DNA from: Octopus vulgaris
Taxonomy: Eukaryota
NCBI GenBank assembly: GCA_951406725.2
Contig: OX597823.1
Coordinates: forward strand, 65,038,001-65,102,000
Length of the DNA stretch: 64,000 bases
Direction of reading: 5' to 3'
Shown: one piece after another, positions 41,678-55,278 of the stretch
How the letters are laid out: every line of letters begins with the position of its first letter
Position numbering within the stretch: position 1 is the stretch's first letter
The notes under the pieces: model-generated
The model's database searches: none
What the model saw: the letters and a program-made list of their open reading frames with translations, nothing else
What the model was told of the DNA's origin: nothing
Position numbers and translations under genes: made by a program

Positions 41678-41956
41678 ATGCATGTATATATATTTGTATG
41701 TATGCATTTCTTTCGTCGTTGTTTCTTACTGAGGAAGGCTTAAGAGCCAGAAACGCACCTGGGAGTCCGATAGCGAGAGATACTGATCAGATATTTTGGT
41801 TTTACACCTTTTACCATAAGTGAGATTTTTCTTTACGGTAACTGCTGTACATTTGCCTTTAGAATTTGAAATATGTCACAGACATAATTTAACTAAAGTT
41901 CGTTTATTCCTCATTACTGCTTAGCTCTGATACCACTCTATACATACATACATACA

Positions 41957-42034
<78 letters not shown>

Positions 42035-42216
42035 GTGTGTGTGTGTGCGTGCATGTACACACGACGAGCACGCAGTTATATATTCTTACCTTCGCTTTTT
42101 TAGCGTTGTGCTGAAGAAAATAACTTAAATAGATTACATTACTGGTGACTGAGGCGTCAGCAGTAATTTTAGTGTAGATAATGGTGAATGGAGAAAGCTA
42201 CAGAGATATACAGAGA

Positions 42217-42295
<79 letters not shown>

Positions 42296-43052
42296 GTGAG
42301 GAGAAAAGAAGAAAAAGAGAACCGGAGATAGATGCAAAGAGAAAACATGGTTGGAAAAAAAATGGCAACAAAGAAAATACAGTCTCAAAAAAGGTATAGA
42401 GTATTTGCAGCTGGAATGTCTTATATTGTAAGTCTTCACAATGAGAGTTGGGACTAAACACAATCACTGCCAACACTATCAACAACAACAACAATTGCAC
42501 TTTAACTCGAATATTGGGAAACCAGGCAAAGGAACCGTATGCTTTTAAGTTCTGACACACTCAACGTAAATAAAATCTATAGTCGCTCTTCTAAATTTCG
42601 AGGGAGGGGCATGAATGTTAAAACCGTTCTATTTCCTCCAGTCGTGGTTTTTGAGCCACCACATCAGCATTCCTTGAGTAAATTCTATGATCAAATGCGG
42701 TCGAGTTCTTACCCTACAGTCATTTTAGAGGTTTATATACAACTTTATATATTTTTTTCATAGTCTTTTCTTTATTTTTTCCACGACGGTATAGCGGTGA
42801 TATATATAAAAAAAAAAATTTTTCTTCTGCATAGCCCAGTACGTTGAAACTGGGATTTCTTTCATAATACTGCAATCATCATGTCACGAACAAGAATTTT
42901 ACTTTCAGACAAATTCTTATAGATAAACTTTTTTAATGACAAAAAGTTGCAGGGAAATTTCTTTTTTCCAAAGGTCTTTCGCGTCTCTCCTAAAAAAACT
43001 CGCAGCGTATCTTTATTAACCATGTGTTTTATACATTCACTGTCATTACGAC

Positions 43053-43104
43053 ATGGTATGCTTTGATACACATTTCCTACTATTACTACTATCTTGTAGC
43101 TCAG
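43053..43104 (+). CDS. Candidate signal-peptide first coding exon (MVCFDTHFLLLLLSCSS-)
   Basis: ATG, hydrophobic core and consensus phase-1 donor CAG|GTAAGT; no downstream partner exon identified. Confidence 0.3.
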
Positions 43105-43444
43105 GTAAGTACGCTGCATCGAGTTCCTTGACTTGCTATTTTTTATAGTTCTTCATGCCTAGAGAAAAAAAAAAAACAAGAGAAAAACAAACAAACAATA
43201 AAGAAACTGTTTTCCTAGTATCGCAAGTGATGGGTTGTGACACATATTCTTCGAGAATATATATCAGTGTGTTGCTTGTGAAAAAAAAAACTGTTGTATA
43301 CATCATTTTATACGTGAGTTATAATGTCTGTACGGCCAGTACATTGTTGATGGTTGCATAGATTGTATGATGTGTGTCACCGAGGCAGGTGATAGCTTTA
43401 CGATCGTTGAAAGAAAAGTTGCAATAAAGATCACTACCATTATC

Positions 43445-43557
43445 TTCATCAACGCTGTAGCCACCACCTACACCACCACCACCAGCAACCCCAGCACCAC
43501 CAGCACCACAACCAGCACTACCACCACCACCACCACCACCACCACCACCATCACCAC

Positions 43558-43588
<31 letters not shown>

Positions 43589-43970
43589 GTTGCCGTCATA
43601 TTTGTATCATCACAACTATCAGTACCATTTTCCTCCTTCTCTTTTCCCTCCTCCTTCTTCTTCACCTCCTCCACCTCTTCCTCTCGTCCTCCTCGTCGTC
43701 CTTCTCGTCCTCGTTTTCGTCCTCGTCCTCCTCCTCAGTGTCCTCGTACACTTCCTCCTCCTCAGCGTCCTCGTTCACTTCCTCCTCCTCCTCAGCGTCC
43801 TCGTTCTCATCCACTTCCTCGTTCTCTTCATCGTCGTCGTCTTCCTCCTCCTCAGCGTCCTCGTTCTTGTTCTCTTCCTCGTTCTCCTCATCGTCGTCGT
43901 CTTCCTCCTCCTCCTCCTCCTCCTCCTCGTCCTTCTTTCCCTACCCTCCTCCTACTCTCATCATCATCGC
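43445..43970. repeat. Compound triplet low-complexity tract (CAC/CAT/CCT/TCG)
   Basis: Successive trinucleotide runs with internal cttcctcctcctcagcgtcctcgttc repeats. Confidence 0.9.
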
Positions 43971-44294
43971 CTGGTGCAACACCTGCATCTCCAAGATAGC
44001 AGCTACTATCTTCTCGCACAACCTCACTAAGAAATATAAAACACGAATACGAAAAAAAGAACCAAAATTTATGAGGGTCATCGCTATTTCTGTCATATCA
44101 AGAGACGATATCGGTACTTTAGCCGGTGTTTGTGTGTGTATGGTATGGTTAATTGGTTAGTAGGTTAGTTGGTTGGTTGGTTGGTTGGTTGGTCGGCTTG
44201 TTGGTTCGTTAATTAGTTGGCTAGTTAGTAATTCATTTAGTCAGTTTGTTAGTAACATATTTATCTAATTAATTATTTAGGTAGATATGAAGGT

Positions 44295-44506
44295 GGATAT
44301 GCCATATGAAGATAACTGTGGATATGCCATATGAAGGTAACTGTAAAGGTGGATATGCCATATGAAGGTAACTGTGGATATGCCATATGAAGGTAACTGT
44401 GGATATGCCATATGAAGGTAACTGTGGATATGCCATATGAAGGTAACTGTGGATATGCCATATGAAGGTAACTGTAAAGGTGGATATGCCATATGAAGGT
44501 AACTGT
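44295..44506. repeat. 25-bp minisatellite (GGATATGCCATATGAAGGTAACTGT) x8
   Basis: Units start at 44295, 44320, 44351, 44376, 44401, 44426, 44451 and 44482; two are followed by an extra AAAGGT. Confidence 0.95.
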
Positions 44507-44690
44507 GCCATAGCAATGGGGTTTCATGATAGCGTAATTGAAGAAATGGACCTAGTTTCGAACTTAGTTCGGCATTATGCTTTAAATCAAACGACATTTT
44601 CCCAATAGTTTGGATTGGGGGCTAGCTGCTATCGTTGCTTAGGCATCGCATGGAATGTTTTGTAACATCTGTTCCGGTTCTCACCATATA

Positions 44691-45117
44691 CGCAGGAGCG
44701 GCTGTGGTAAGTAGCTTGCTTACCGACCACATGGTTCCGGGTTCAGTCCCACTGCTTGGCACCTTGGACAAGTGTCTTCTACTATAGCCTCGGGCCGACC
44801 AAAGCCTTGTGAGTGGATTTAGTAGACGGAAACTGAAAGAAGCCCGTCGTATATATGTATATCTATATATGTATATATGTATGTATGTGTTTATGTCTAT
44901 ATTTGCCCCCCCCCCCCAATATCGTTGTGTTTGTCCGCACAACATCGTTTGACAACCGTTGCTGGTGTGTTTACGTCCCCGTAACTTAGCGGTTCGGCAA
45001 AAGAGACCGATAGAATAAGTAGTAGGCTTACAAAGACTAAGTCCTGGGGTCGATTTGCTCGACTAAAGGCTGTGCTCCAGCATGGTTGCAGTCAAATGAC
45101 TGAAACATGTAAAGAGT
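44691..45117 (+). mobile_element. SINE family A, full length
   Basis: Colinear with 5003-5422. Confidence 0.9.
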
Positions 45118-46454
45118 ATACTAAGTTCAAAGTCGGCTAATATCAACTCTGCGTTCTTTCGGGGGACGATAAATAAAGTATTAACCCAAGGTCGTGGATT
45201 GACAGAATTGTTAAGAACGTGGGATGAGATATCTGGCTGTACCTGTTCCAGCTCTTTGTGCTCTGATTTAGCCAACATGAAACCCGCTGAAAAATCTGCA
45301 CAAACTCGTAATTTATTATTTTTCTTTAACCTACATGAAAAAGAAAAAAAGATAACATTTCTCTCAAGAGATAGGACCGACAAGTACTATCAGTAATTGA
45401 AAATCCAATTGGAAACATAGTTCCTTTTGTTCCATCACAAAATCAGTTGCGATTCAATGGGATACAATGCTATCTAATCGTAGAACAGTTATACGAAACG
45501 TTGCATCTTTTATCAAGCATGGCAACATAGTGTTCCTTCATTTTCTTTCATGTCGGTGTTGTTGCTTAAGCCAATGTTAGATCATAAAATAGCGAATTTG
45601 TGATCAAAAGCATACAAGTCACGACCAACGTATCTTTCCTTTTCTTTTTTGAGCGTAGAATATATTTACTAAATTATCCAATATTCCCTACCCTTAATAA
45701 AATAGATAAAAGTAAAAAGATGGGATTTAAAGTGGGATTGTCAGGCTACGTCTAGGAAAGTTAGAGCAAGAGAGAAGTATTATATCTGTTGACGATTTAT
45801 ATATCTGTCACGTAATGCCATGAAGCAGAGTTAATTCTCATCCCTATATATCTTTGTGAGTGGGAAGAAACCCTCATATTTTGTGTTTATATCCCTTTAG
45901 GCAGGGGAAATAGATTGCATTTTACGTTTGTGTTTTCATTTCTTTAGGCAGGGGAAATAGATTGCTTATTACATTTAGTTTTATCTCTTCTTTGGATGTG
46001 CATGGCTTAGTGGTTAGGGGTGTTGTACTCATCATCGTAAGATTATGGTTTCGATTCCTGGATCGTGTGAGGTGTTGTGTTCTTGAGAAAAACATTTCGT
46101 TTCACGTTGCTTCATTTCGCTCAGCTGGCAAAAGTGAGTAACCCTGCGACGGATTGGCGGCCGATCCACGAGGGAAATATATATTTCCTGAAAACGAGGA
46201 AACCAACCCTATGAGTCTATATGATTTGGAAGGAACTTTCTCCTTTTTTTATAGGATTAGGGCTGGCGAAAGAAAATGTAGGGCTAGAGCTATTAACTTT
46301 AAATGTTTTATTGTTTTCTTTGAGCTGCTTTGGACACTCCTGCTGAGTAAAGCTTAAATCAAATGCCCGAGAAATTATAACTGTTACTGATGTTTAACTC
46401 AGCGCCGGCCTTAATGTAGCAGTCCTATGTTCAAAGGAAGTTCAGCCTTAATAT

Positions 46455-47493
46455 CTCAGAACGTAACGGCAGACGAAATACGGCTACGCATTTCGCCCGG
46501 CGTGCTAACGTTTCTGCCTGCTAATATATATATATATTTCTTGATCTAATGCAAATTTAAATGAAAACCAGACATGATTCCTATTAAATTCATTCATTTC
46601 AGTGTATATATCTGTAAGAGTGTATATTATCTGTAAGAGTGTATATTATCTGTAAGAGTGTATATTATCTGTAAGAGTGTATATTATCTGTAAGAGTGTA
46701 TATATCTGTAAGAGTATATATTATCAATATGTCTCCCATATTTTGTAACGGTTATGAGTTATCTGAAGGAGATTTGTCTACATTTCTATAGACTAGGAAA
46801 ACAAAGTCTTGAGTGCTAGGACATATAGAGCCAGCTACACGGTTTTCTGGATGTGTAAGTGGCTGCACTCATGACAATACATTTTAATGGGACGCCAGTC
46901 CGTCGCAGGAAATTATCATTTACAGCCGAGTGGACTGGAGTAACGTGAAATGAAGTATTTTGCTCAAGAACACAATGCTCGCTCCGGGAATCGAAACTAC
47001 AACTGCATATGGCTCTAACTGAATTAGTTAGAGGCTATTGTTTTGTCTCCACCTATTCAGATTTTAAAAAATACACTTTCTGTTTAGTAATGATAAGTAA
47101 AGAACATATATACATTCGTATAAACACAGACAAACAGACAGACACACACGCACACACATACACAGGCATACACACGTATACATATACATGCTTACATACA
47201 GACTAATACATTTTATTGAAATAATTTATCATGGTACTTGGGTTTCGCTTGACACTAATCAATTCAAATTTCGCATATATATTTGCATGAGTAGATATGT
47301 ATGTATGAATACATGCTTAAGTATCAGATAAATGTAAATAGTTTACACTGAAATGAATGAATTTAATAGGAATCATGTCTGGTTTTCATTTAAATTTGCA
47401 TTAGATCAAGAAATATATATATATTAGTTGGCAGAAACGTTAGCACGCTGGGCGAAATGCGTAGTCGTATTTCGTCTGCCGTTACGTTCTGAG
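46455..47493. repeat. Inverted duplication (~150-bp arms 46455-46606 / 47344-47493)
   Basis: The arms comprise a family B SINE head plus ~85 bp of unique flank and are almost identical. Confidence 0.9.
46601..46725. repeat. 19-bp minisatellite (AGTGTATATTATCTGTAAG) x~6.5
   Basis: Tandem units begin at the inner end of the left inverted arm. Confidence 0.92.
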
Positions 47494-47648
47494 TTCAAAT
47501 TCCGCCGAGGTCGACTTTGCCTTTCATCCTTTCGGGGTCGATAAATAAAGTACCAGTTACGCACTGGGGTCAATGTAATCGACTTAATCATTTTGTCTGT
47601 CCTTGTTTGTCCTCTCTATGTTTAGCCCCTTGTGGGCAGTAAAGAAAT
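47430..47648 (+). mobile_element. SINE family B, young
   Basis: Close match to the other well-preserved family B copies; ends gtgggcagtaaagaaata. Confidence 0.9.
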
Positions 47649-48085
47649 ATATATATATATAATTAAAATCACAATATTGTGATTTTAATTATAAATTAAT
47701 ATGTTCTCAAACCTGCAGTAAATTACTGGGGTAGTATTTACATCCGGTATTTTCAACGCGCCAGGAATGAGGATATTTGAACGTAACTGCAAATATAATC
47801 GGCTGTGCCGTTCGCCTTTGCTCGGCTTCGTATGGATTTTGGCGTTCGGTTCAGCAAATTATATTTTTGATATACTCTACTGAGGATTCGAAAATGATTG
47901 TGTAAGTAAAATTACACAATCTATTAACGATGAAACAATTGTATAGAGTTAATCTATTTTTTCGTTATTTTTCATTTGTCCTGCCCGCTTACATTCTTGG
48001 CGTGTTGAATTAATGCTTGAGAACAATTCTTTAGTGGTGGATTTCTAGCGTTAGAGTGACCACCTGTGGTCTCTCTCTTATTACT

Positions 48086-48159
<74 letters not shown>

Positions 48160-48425
48160 TTTGTTTCGTATTTTGTCTTACATTTTAAGAGAGTCCAAGA
48201 TAGTGAAATTCATAAGTTAATGACGCCTGTAGAAAACTATGAGCTACGAGTGTGCACCTTAGAGTTGTGATTCTTTGAGGTATAGGTCGAGCGAAATTAT
48301 TAGTATTGAGGACTGCGGTGCGTGAAACAGTGTAAGAAGAGATGATGAATAGGTTAATATGATTATCTTACACAGAGGAAATACATGGTTTGTTAGTTCA
48401 CAAGCACATAAACTATTTTAGTAAG

Positions 48426-49614
48426 TGTTATGGTGATAATAATAATAATAATGGAAAACCCCTTCCACTTGACGAGTGGTATGTGGTAGTCGTTACAAAT
48501 ACTGTAAAGTAGAAAGTCGAGTCGTCGAGAAGTTGGCGATGTCGGTTATAGATAGTTCGAATCTTTACTTGTCTAACTTACAATCAGAGTGGACGTTATA
48601 ACAGTCCGACGTTAGATTACAACAGTAGCAACGAAAAATTAAGAAACTCATGAGAAATTAATAAACTCACGGGGATTAAACAAACTCACAAGGGATTTAC
48701 GAATGTTACGAAAGTATTTTTGTGCGAATTTTACGGTATACTAAATCGTAAAATAATGGAAGAATTGTTGGCCGGTTTGCTCAAGTTGCAGAAATAGCCA
48801 CAACAACAACTGCAAGAAGAACAACATCAACTATGACTTCAAGAAGGAGAACAACAACAATTACTATTACAGCAACAACAAAAACTACAAGAACAACAAT
48901 ATTTACTATTACAGGAACAAATGCTGCAATAAAAAAATAGCAAGTCGTCCAAAAATGTTGAAAAGATGTTCTCGCCAGATTCGATTACAGACTCAATAAC
49001 GGAATTTAAGTATGAACCAGACGAATGTGTTACCTTCGAGGCGTGCTATAGGAGATACGAACAGATCTTCAATAAAGAGTACAAAGATTGGGACGACGAT
49101 ATGAAAACACGTATAATCCTAAGAAAACTGGCAGGCTTGGGAACGAAATTTGCTTACTGGGTGCAAACCCAGTTCAAACATTTTCTACAAACAACGTTTT
49201 ACTTCTTTTTATGTACTTCTGTTTTTTGCTCTGTGAGAAGAAAACTAACCTCAAGCTATTTTTTACTGATCCTATTTTACGCACTGTTTTCTAAACCCGA
49301 GGAAAGTAACTAGGGGTGCAAATTTTGATTTTGCACCCACCAACACTTTTAGAAGGTGCACCTACACCTCCTGTTCCCGGGCCCATAAGCAGAAGAACAC
49401 GAGCGTTACAGCAATTACGTACTCCCGAAAAAACCTTCAGACATAAACTTTAGAAATACAATAGACGCATTGTGTAAATACCAAATTTGTAACTGTATAA
49501 AAAGGAAAGAAAGAAAATCAAAAAGGGTGGTGGAGTGCTGTAAAAATTATTGTTAATGAAAAGAAAGTTACACTCCCAAAGAAAAAAGCAACTTAAAAGG
49601 GAGATGTTATGAGG

Positions 49615-49645
<31 letters not shown>

Positions 49646-49857
49646 TGATGATGATAATAATGATGATCATAATAATAATAATAATAGAAGAACCCTCCAC
49701 GTGACGAATGGTATGTGCTAGTCATTACAAATACTGTGACGTAGGAAGCTGAGGCGTCGGCGAAGTTTGTTATAGATAGACGTATCTTTACATGTCTAAC
49801 TAGCAATACTGCAATACCAGAGTTGACGTTATAACAGTCCGACGTTGGATTACAACA
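48426..49857 (+). mobile_element. Internally deleted Gypsy-type LTR retrotransposon
   Basis: LTRs 48426-48624 and 49605-49857 (TGTTAT..ACAACA), TSD gtaag/gcaag, PBS-like gtagcaacga, polypurine tract aaaagggaga, and gag remnant SITEFKYEPDECVTFEACYRRYEQIF..KTRIILRKL. Confidence 0.9.
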
Positions 49858-50772
49858 GCAAGGATCGAAAACACTGGGAATTTTAAAGAAACGTTAACTG
49901 CACGTAGGTTTTGCCATAGTTGCAAACCTCAATTAAAATTCGACCTTGAATTTGGATATGTAGAAATGATTTAAAATTATTTGTTCTAGAGTGCTTATTT
50001 TATGCTCTATTCAATTCCATTAATTGTTGGTATTAACTCCTTTTGTATTCACCTCTTTGCGTAAACTCTCCTACGTATTACGATTTTATGTCCAGTGTTG
50101 TTCTTTCCCTAATTTTACTACCTCCTAAGCTTGCTAAGGCCAGATCACCTGCTCAGTTATAGCTGTTCTGTGGGTGAAGAAGTACCCTTTCCTAGAGACA
50201 TGCTTTAACAAAAGCTAAAAGAAACTCCATTGTCTACGGTCTAACAGCACGTCAAATGAATATGAAGACACATGGTTGTATCTGAGGATACCGGGACTCA
50301 GCCTAGAGACTGGGTACGATTTTTTTTTATTTATATATCATTTTTACATAACTTTTGGCCAAATATATGTTCATGAAGCTGTGATCATTAGTATTTCAGC
50401 TGCATTCTTAGCAAATTTCTCATACATTAATGTCAATTTAGTAAATAAACGATAACAAAGGTATTGTTAATTTGTAGACTGGAAATATTTCTATTAGTGA
50501 AGTTTACAAGGAAGAAATTGGTAAAATATAATAGGAAGAACTACCAAATAAATAGTAGAGAAAATAAGATTCAAGTGACATTTGATTCCTGTAGAAATAC
50601 GAGACTGATTTTTAATTGCCTGAATCTATATTCTATGACGCAATTAATTCTTACAGACTGAATTTTGCTAAATCTACAATTCTAAATTGACTTTTACCAA
50701 CAGATGCACATAGATACACACATATATGTATTATATATTATATGCTGTGATATCATATATATATATATAAAG

Positions 50773-50979
50773 ACATGTCCGGCTCAGCGGATATGTCGTA
50801 GGTTCACAGACAGCAGGTGGAACCATGCACTTTGCCAAGTTGTATCCAAGGCTCTAAGAGGATACATAGATGAAGTAGTTAAGCGATTTCGGAAAGATGG
50901 AAAAGAATGGGGCAATGAAGAAAGAATTGGAAACGCATTTTGACCCGGGATATATAACACCTGGTAGTGTGGTAGATGC

Positions 50980-50980
<1 letters not shown>
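50773..50980 (+). mobile_element. RTE LINE 3' remnant
   Basis: Degenerate G.I.R.TD.RW...RG...DE...K.W, matching the typical RTE ORF C-terminus. Confidence 0.55.
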
Positions 50981-51054
<74 letters not shown>

Positions 51055-52493
51055 TTGTAGCTTGGAGATTTTCTATCAGGCCTGGAATAAATTGTTCAGT
51101 AAGTCTCATCATGTTACTGAATATTTTCTTAAAAACCTAGCATTAACCCATTTACCTTCGACAAGACCCATGTCAAGGAATTCATTCAATAAAAGAAATC
51201 GTCAGGTACCAGTTTTCCCTTTCATTCTGTTAGCATTCTTGCATTTGTACATAGTACTCTAACTTTTATTTTCTATGGAAATGCAGCTATTTTTTTTCAA
51301 CGGTTACATCACTTCAGAATATTAGTTTCAAATTTTAGGACAAGGCCGGCAGTTTCAGGGGAGGGGTCAAGTCGATTAAAGTACTCGACTGGTACTTATT
51401 TTATCGACCTCGCAAAGGATAAAAAAGGCAAAGTCGACCTCGGCAGAATTTGAACTCAGAATGTAATGGTAGACTAAATGCCGCTAATCATTTTGCCTTC
51501 TGCCGCCTTATCTCTTGAGAATATTAAAATAAGTTCGCCTTCAAAAACTTTTTAAAAAAGAGTATTTTTCTGCAATAATTTCACTAATATGCTCAATCAA
51601 ATCTTACTGCCAACCGTTTCAAACAGCTGAAACGGAAGTTATGTGTTTCAAAATCTAGAAATGTGTACCTCATGTCATTGCGCTTCAATATTTCTAATAT
51701 TACATTAGTTAAAATTAAATGGGTGTGCTGTTACTTCCTTGTGAATTAGACCGAGGAGAGTTATTCTTAGGCAAAATTTGAGTTGCTTTTTCTGCCGGGT
51801 ATTAATTGCAAGTCTTTTCGTGCGGAGAAAAAGGAAAAACAAATAAAAGATGATAACCAATCAAATAGCTCATAATGCAATTAAGCAGTGTATCAATAAG
51901 CCACACCCGTCTTCTGCAGAAGAAAGTATGTATTGTGTCAGTAAGTCACACCCGAAAGTAGTAGTCCGAGATTTATCCTGTTACATGTTTTAGTTATTAG
52001 ACTGTGACCTTGCAGGGGTACGGCCTTGAAGAACTTTTAGTTGAACGAATCGATCCTAGTACTTATTTTTATGGTATTTATTATGTCGGTGTCATTTGCC
52101 GAACTACTAAGTTATGTGGACGTAAACAGCAACAGTTACACGCACACACGCACCTGACAGGCTTCTTTCAGTTTCTATCAAATCCACTCACAATGCTTTG
52201 ATCAGCTCATGGGTATAGTAGAAGATGACATGAAATGAGACTGAGCCTGGGGCTATGTACTTGGGAAGGGATCTTCTTACACTAGCGCTGCAGCGCTCTG
52301 AAACTATTTACTCATTGGGTCACACATATAAATATATACTAACTACACACACAAACATACAAACACTACGAGAAAAGGCAAACAAACAGTAATCGCTGTG
52401 AGCGTCATCAAATGACTGAGAACGATAATCTCAAGATATCTACAAATTTATGGAATTAACATATCATTAAGGAAAAGATATACTGTCTCTTAC

Positions 52494-52640
52494 TTTCGTC
52501 TTTGGTGGCATAAACACATCTGTGAATACGTATTACTGCATCAATAGACGTCATCCTCACACACAGTGTCCAAACTTGATTGCTTCCAGCTAAATCCGGA
52601 CATTTCTTGAGTCCTTGAGAAAGTGAAAAGGACATGCATG
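52494..52640 (-). CDS. Candidate 147-bp symmetric (phase 1-1) exon, Cys-containing and possibly extracellular
   Basis: Acceptor cttcctgttccag, donor AAA|gtaaga, open frame CMSFSLSQGLKKCPDLAGSNQVWTLCVRMTSIDAVIRIHRCVYATKDE. Confidence 0.35.
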
Positions 52641-52804
52641 CTGGAACAGGAAGTGTATATTTAAGCATACGATATACTGACCGTAATACTAATCTAAAAA
52701 TTATACTCATACAAATATGTCAAGTAGAGGAAAAATGGGCTAATTGGAATATACATATACATATACATACATATACATACATGCATACATATATATATAC
52801 ATGC

Positions 52805-52837
<33 letters not shown>

Positions 52838-52924
52838 TGTATGTATGTATGTATGTATGTATGTATGTATGTGAGTGTATGTATGTATATGTATATGTAT
52901 GTCTGTATATGCTTGTATGTATGC

Positions 52925-52975
<51 letters not shown>

Positions 52976-53069
52976 GCATATATATGTATGAGTGTCAAAC
53001 TAATAGAGTCCTTGTGCACGTTTTCTTGTCTGTTATTAATTTTATTGCTCGTTTATTTTAATAGACTAC

Positions 53070-53160
<91 letters not shown>

Positions 53161-53415
53161 ATATACTGCTCCATGATATATATGTATGTATATAATTATT
53201 GTATACCCATTATAATTCTACAAAAAAAAGTCAGAAATATTCTGAAGGCAATTAAACGATAATGAGGAATGTGCAGTATAGAAATTAAATGTTGGTAAAT
53301 CGGAAGAAGCACAAGTAGAGAGGGAATATGGATGGATGTTTTGATATGTGCTATTACGTATGAAGCTTATATGTTTGTGTGTACGTGCTTTCTGTCTGCG
53401 TGCGTGTTTTGCGTA

Positions 53416-53469
<54 letters not shown>

Positions 53470-53734
53470 TAAATATATAGGCACATATATATGTACATTT
53501 CGAGTAGTTTTTGTAACATGAAGTTCGTCCTCTACTCTTCTACCACAATATCTACACTTCAACATCGATAGTTCTCCATCAATTACCTTGAAACCTATTT
53601 TTAACATTAATAGGGCAATTTTGATTATGAGATCAATATTTCTTTATGTGCCTATTAGACTTCTTTTCCCATCAATTAGTATGTTATTTTGTTAAAACAG
53701 TTTTATATTATAGTAAGCAGAGGAAAGGATAAAA

Positions 53735-54062
53735 ACCGCCTTTGGTCATGAATGACGATGGGATTGCACCTAGTAAGTTTCTCTCCGAGGTACAAGTCTG
53801 TGTAAGGTTATTTATGGAAGACCAGCAGTCGTCTATGCATACTTGTCTCCCCTCTGCACGCTAGCGATGCTGTCCAAAGGAAAGGCAAAGGGGCCGATGC
53901 ATCTAGGCACCAGTGACGTCGCAACTCATTTCTACAGCTGAGTGAACTGGAGCAACGTAAAATAAAGTATCTTGCTCAAGAACACAACAGAAAGCCCGGT
54001 CCGGAAATCGAACTCACCACCTTATGATTGTGAGCTCGATGCTCTAACCACCGAGCCATGCA
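53735..54062 (-). mobile_element. SINE family D, near full length
   Basis: Head plus body homologous to 9805-9932 and 10300-10562. Confidence 0.85.
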
Positions 54063-54129
54063 ACTTCCCATAGTATGCATATTGTTTACTTAAATACATC
54101 CTTCATATAATCCATTTTTTATTATAACA

Positions 54130-55278
54130 CAAAACATCATTGTAATCTCTATTCTAGGCCTAAACTCTTACCATTTACTCCTTTAGCAAGTTCATCGGGA
54201 ACTAATACGTCCACCCGCAGAGATTCGATCTCATTTTGTAGTTCTACTTTTCACTTATGAGGTATATCGACATGGTTGGTCCTTTTCCGTGTCGTCCTGA
54301 TAACTAGTGGAGCAGTTACAACTTTAGCAGTGGAATAGATGAGGTTATATAAGGATGTCAGGTCATTTCCCTTACTTCTTGAGATCTGTCTAAGAGCAGC
54401 ATTATATATCTTTATTATGTTATTTTTTAAGGTGTATCACTGCTTTAGTAGCGGCCCTCTATTGATCATGTCAATAAATTCAGTGTTGCTGAGTTCTGTC
54501 ATATCTTCTTTTCCTTCTATGATCTTCTCAACATTATTCACCTCAAATTCTGTGTTATTTCTATTCTGGTATTCTTAAGGTAGGTCTACTTTCTCCACTT
54601 TTTCCGCATATCTTTTCTTCGCTGTTCTTTCTTCAGCTTCCTGGTTGGGAGGTACTGCTCGTACACTGGGCTCTGCGTATCTGTTAGCTATTTCATCTGC
54701 ATTGTTGCTGTTTTCATATAGTCTACTGTGAGATATTTGTGTCCTGATTTGGCTAATTTCAGCGTCAGTTAAGCTTTTATCCTTAACGATGTCTCTACGT
54801 ACATTACTTAATTTATTGGCATCTATATATCTGCGTACTTCGTTGCCTACGAAGTTTCTCCATGAAGTGTATCTTTGTCCAATGAGGTTATTGTTTGGGG
54901 TGATGAGTAGAAAGCTTTCAACTCATCTCTATAATCCTCTCTATTTCATTTCATGCGTTTTGCTTTAGATGGTATTTTTAGAGGCGACACTACAGGTCCA
55001 AGGTTAGAATTATCCTGGTTCTGGTTACCTGGTGGATAGTTTTTAGAGTGTTTGTTCCAGCAGCGTCTTTTCGACCCCAGTCTGGTTATCCACTTGTACC
55101 GCGGTCCTTGTTATCCCGAGAGATTACCGATTCGGCATGAGTCTTGGCTTTTCATTGACGGTGACAATATGAGACAGCTCTGTTTGTATAGAATTGACAT
55201 TTTGGCATGACACCGCTTCTTTTTTCTTCGAATGGATATATTTGTCGTATCGTAGGTTGAAGGATCGGAAATTGTCTC

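Noticed and set aside
43367-44160. 210-aa Thr/Pro/Arg-rich ORF resembling a membrane or mucin-like protein
   Set aside because: All frames are open because of stop-free triplet repeats; no splice or domain support.
44269-44597. Repeat array resembling a CRISPR array or a repetitive peptide ORF (YGISTVTFIWHIH)
   Set aside because: Head-to-tail units without unique spacers, no cas genes and a eukaryotic context; the 25-bp unit is not a multiple of 3.
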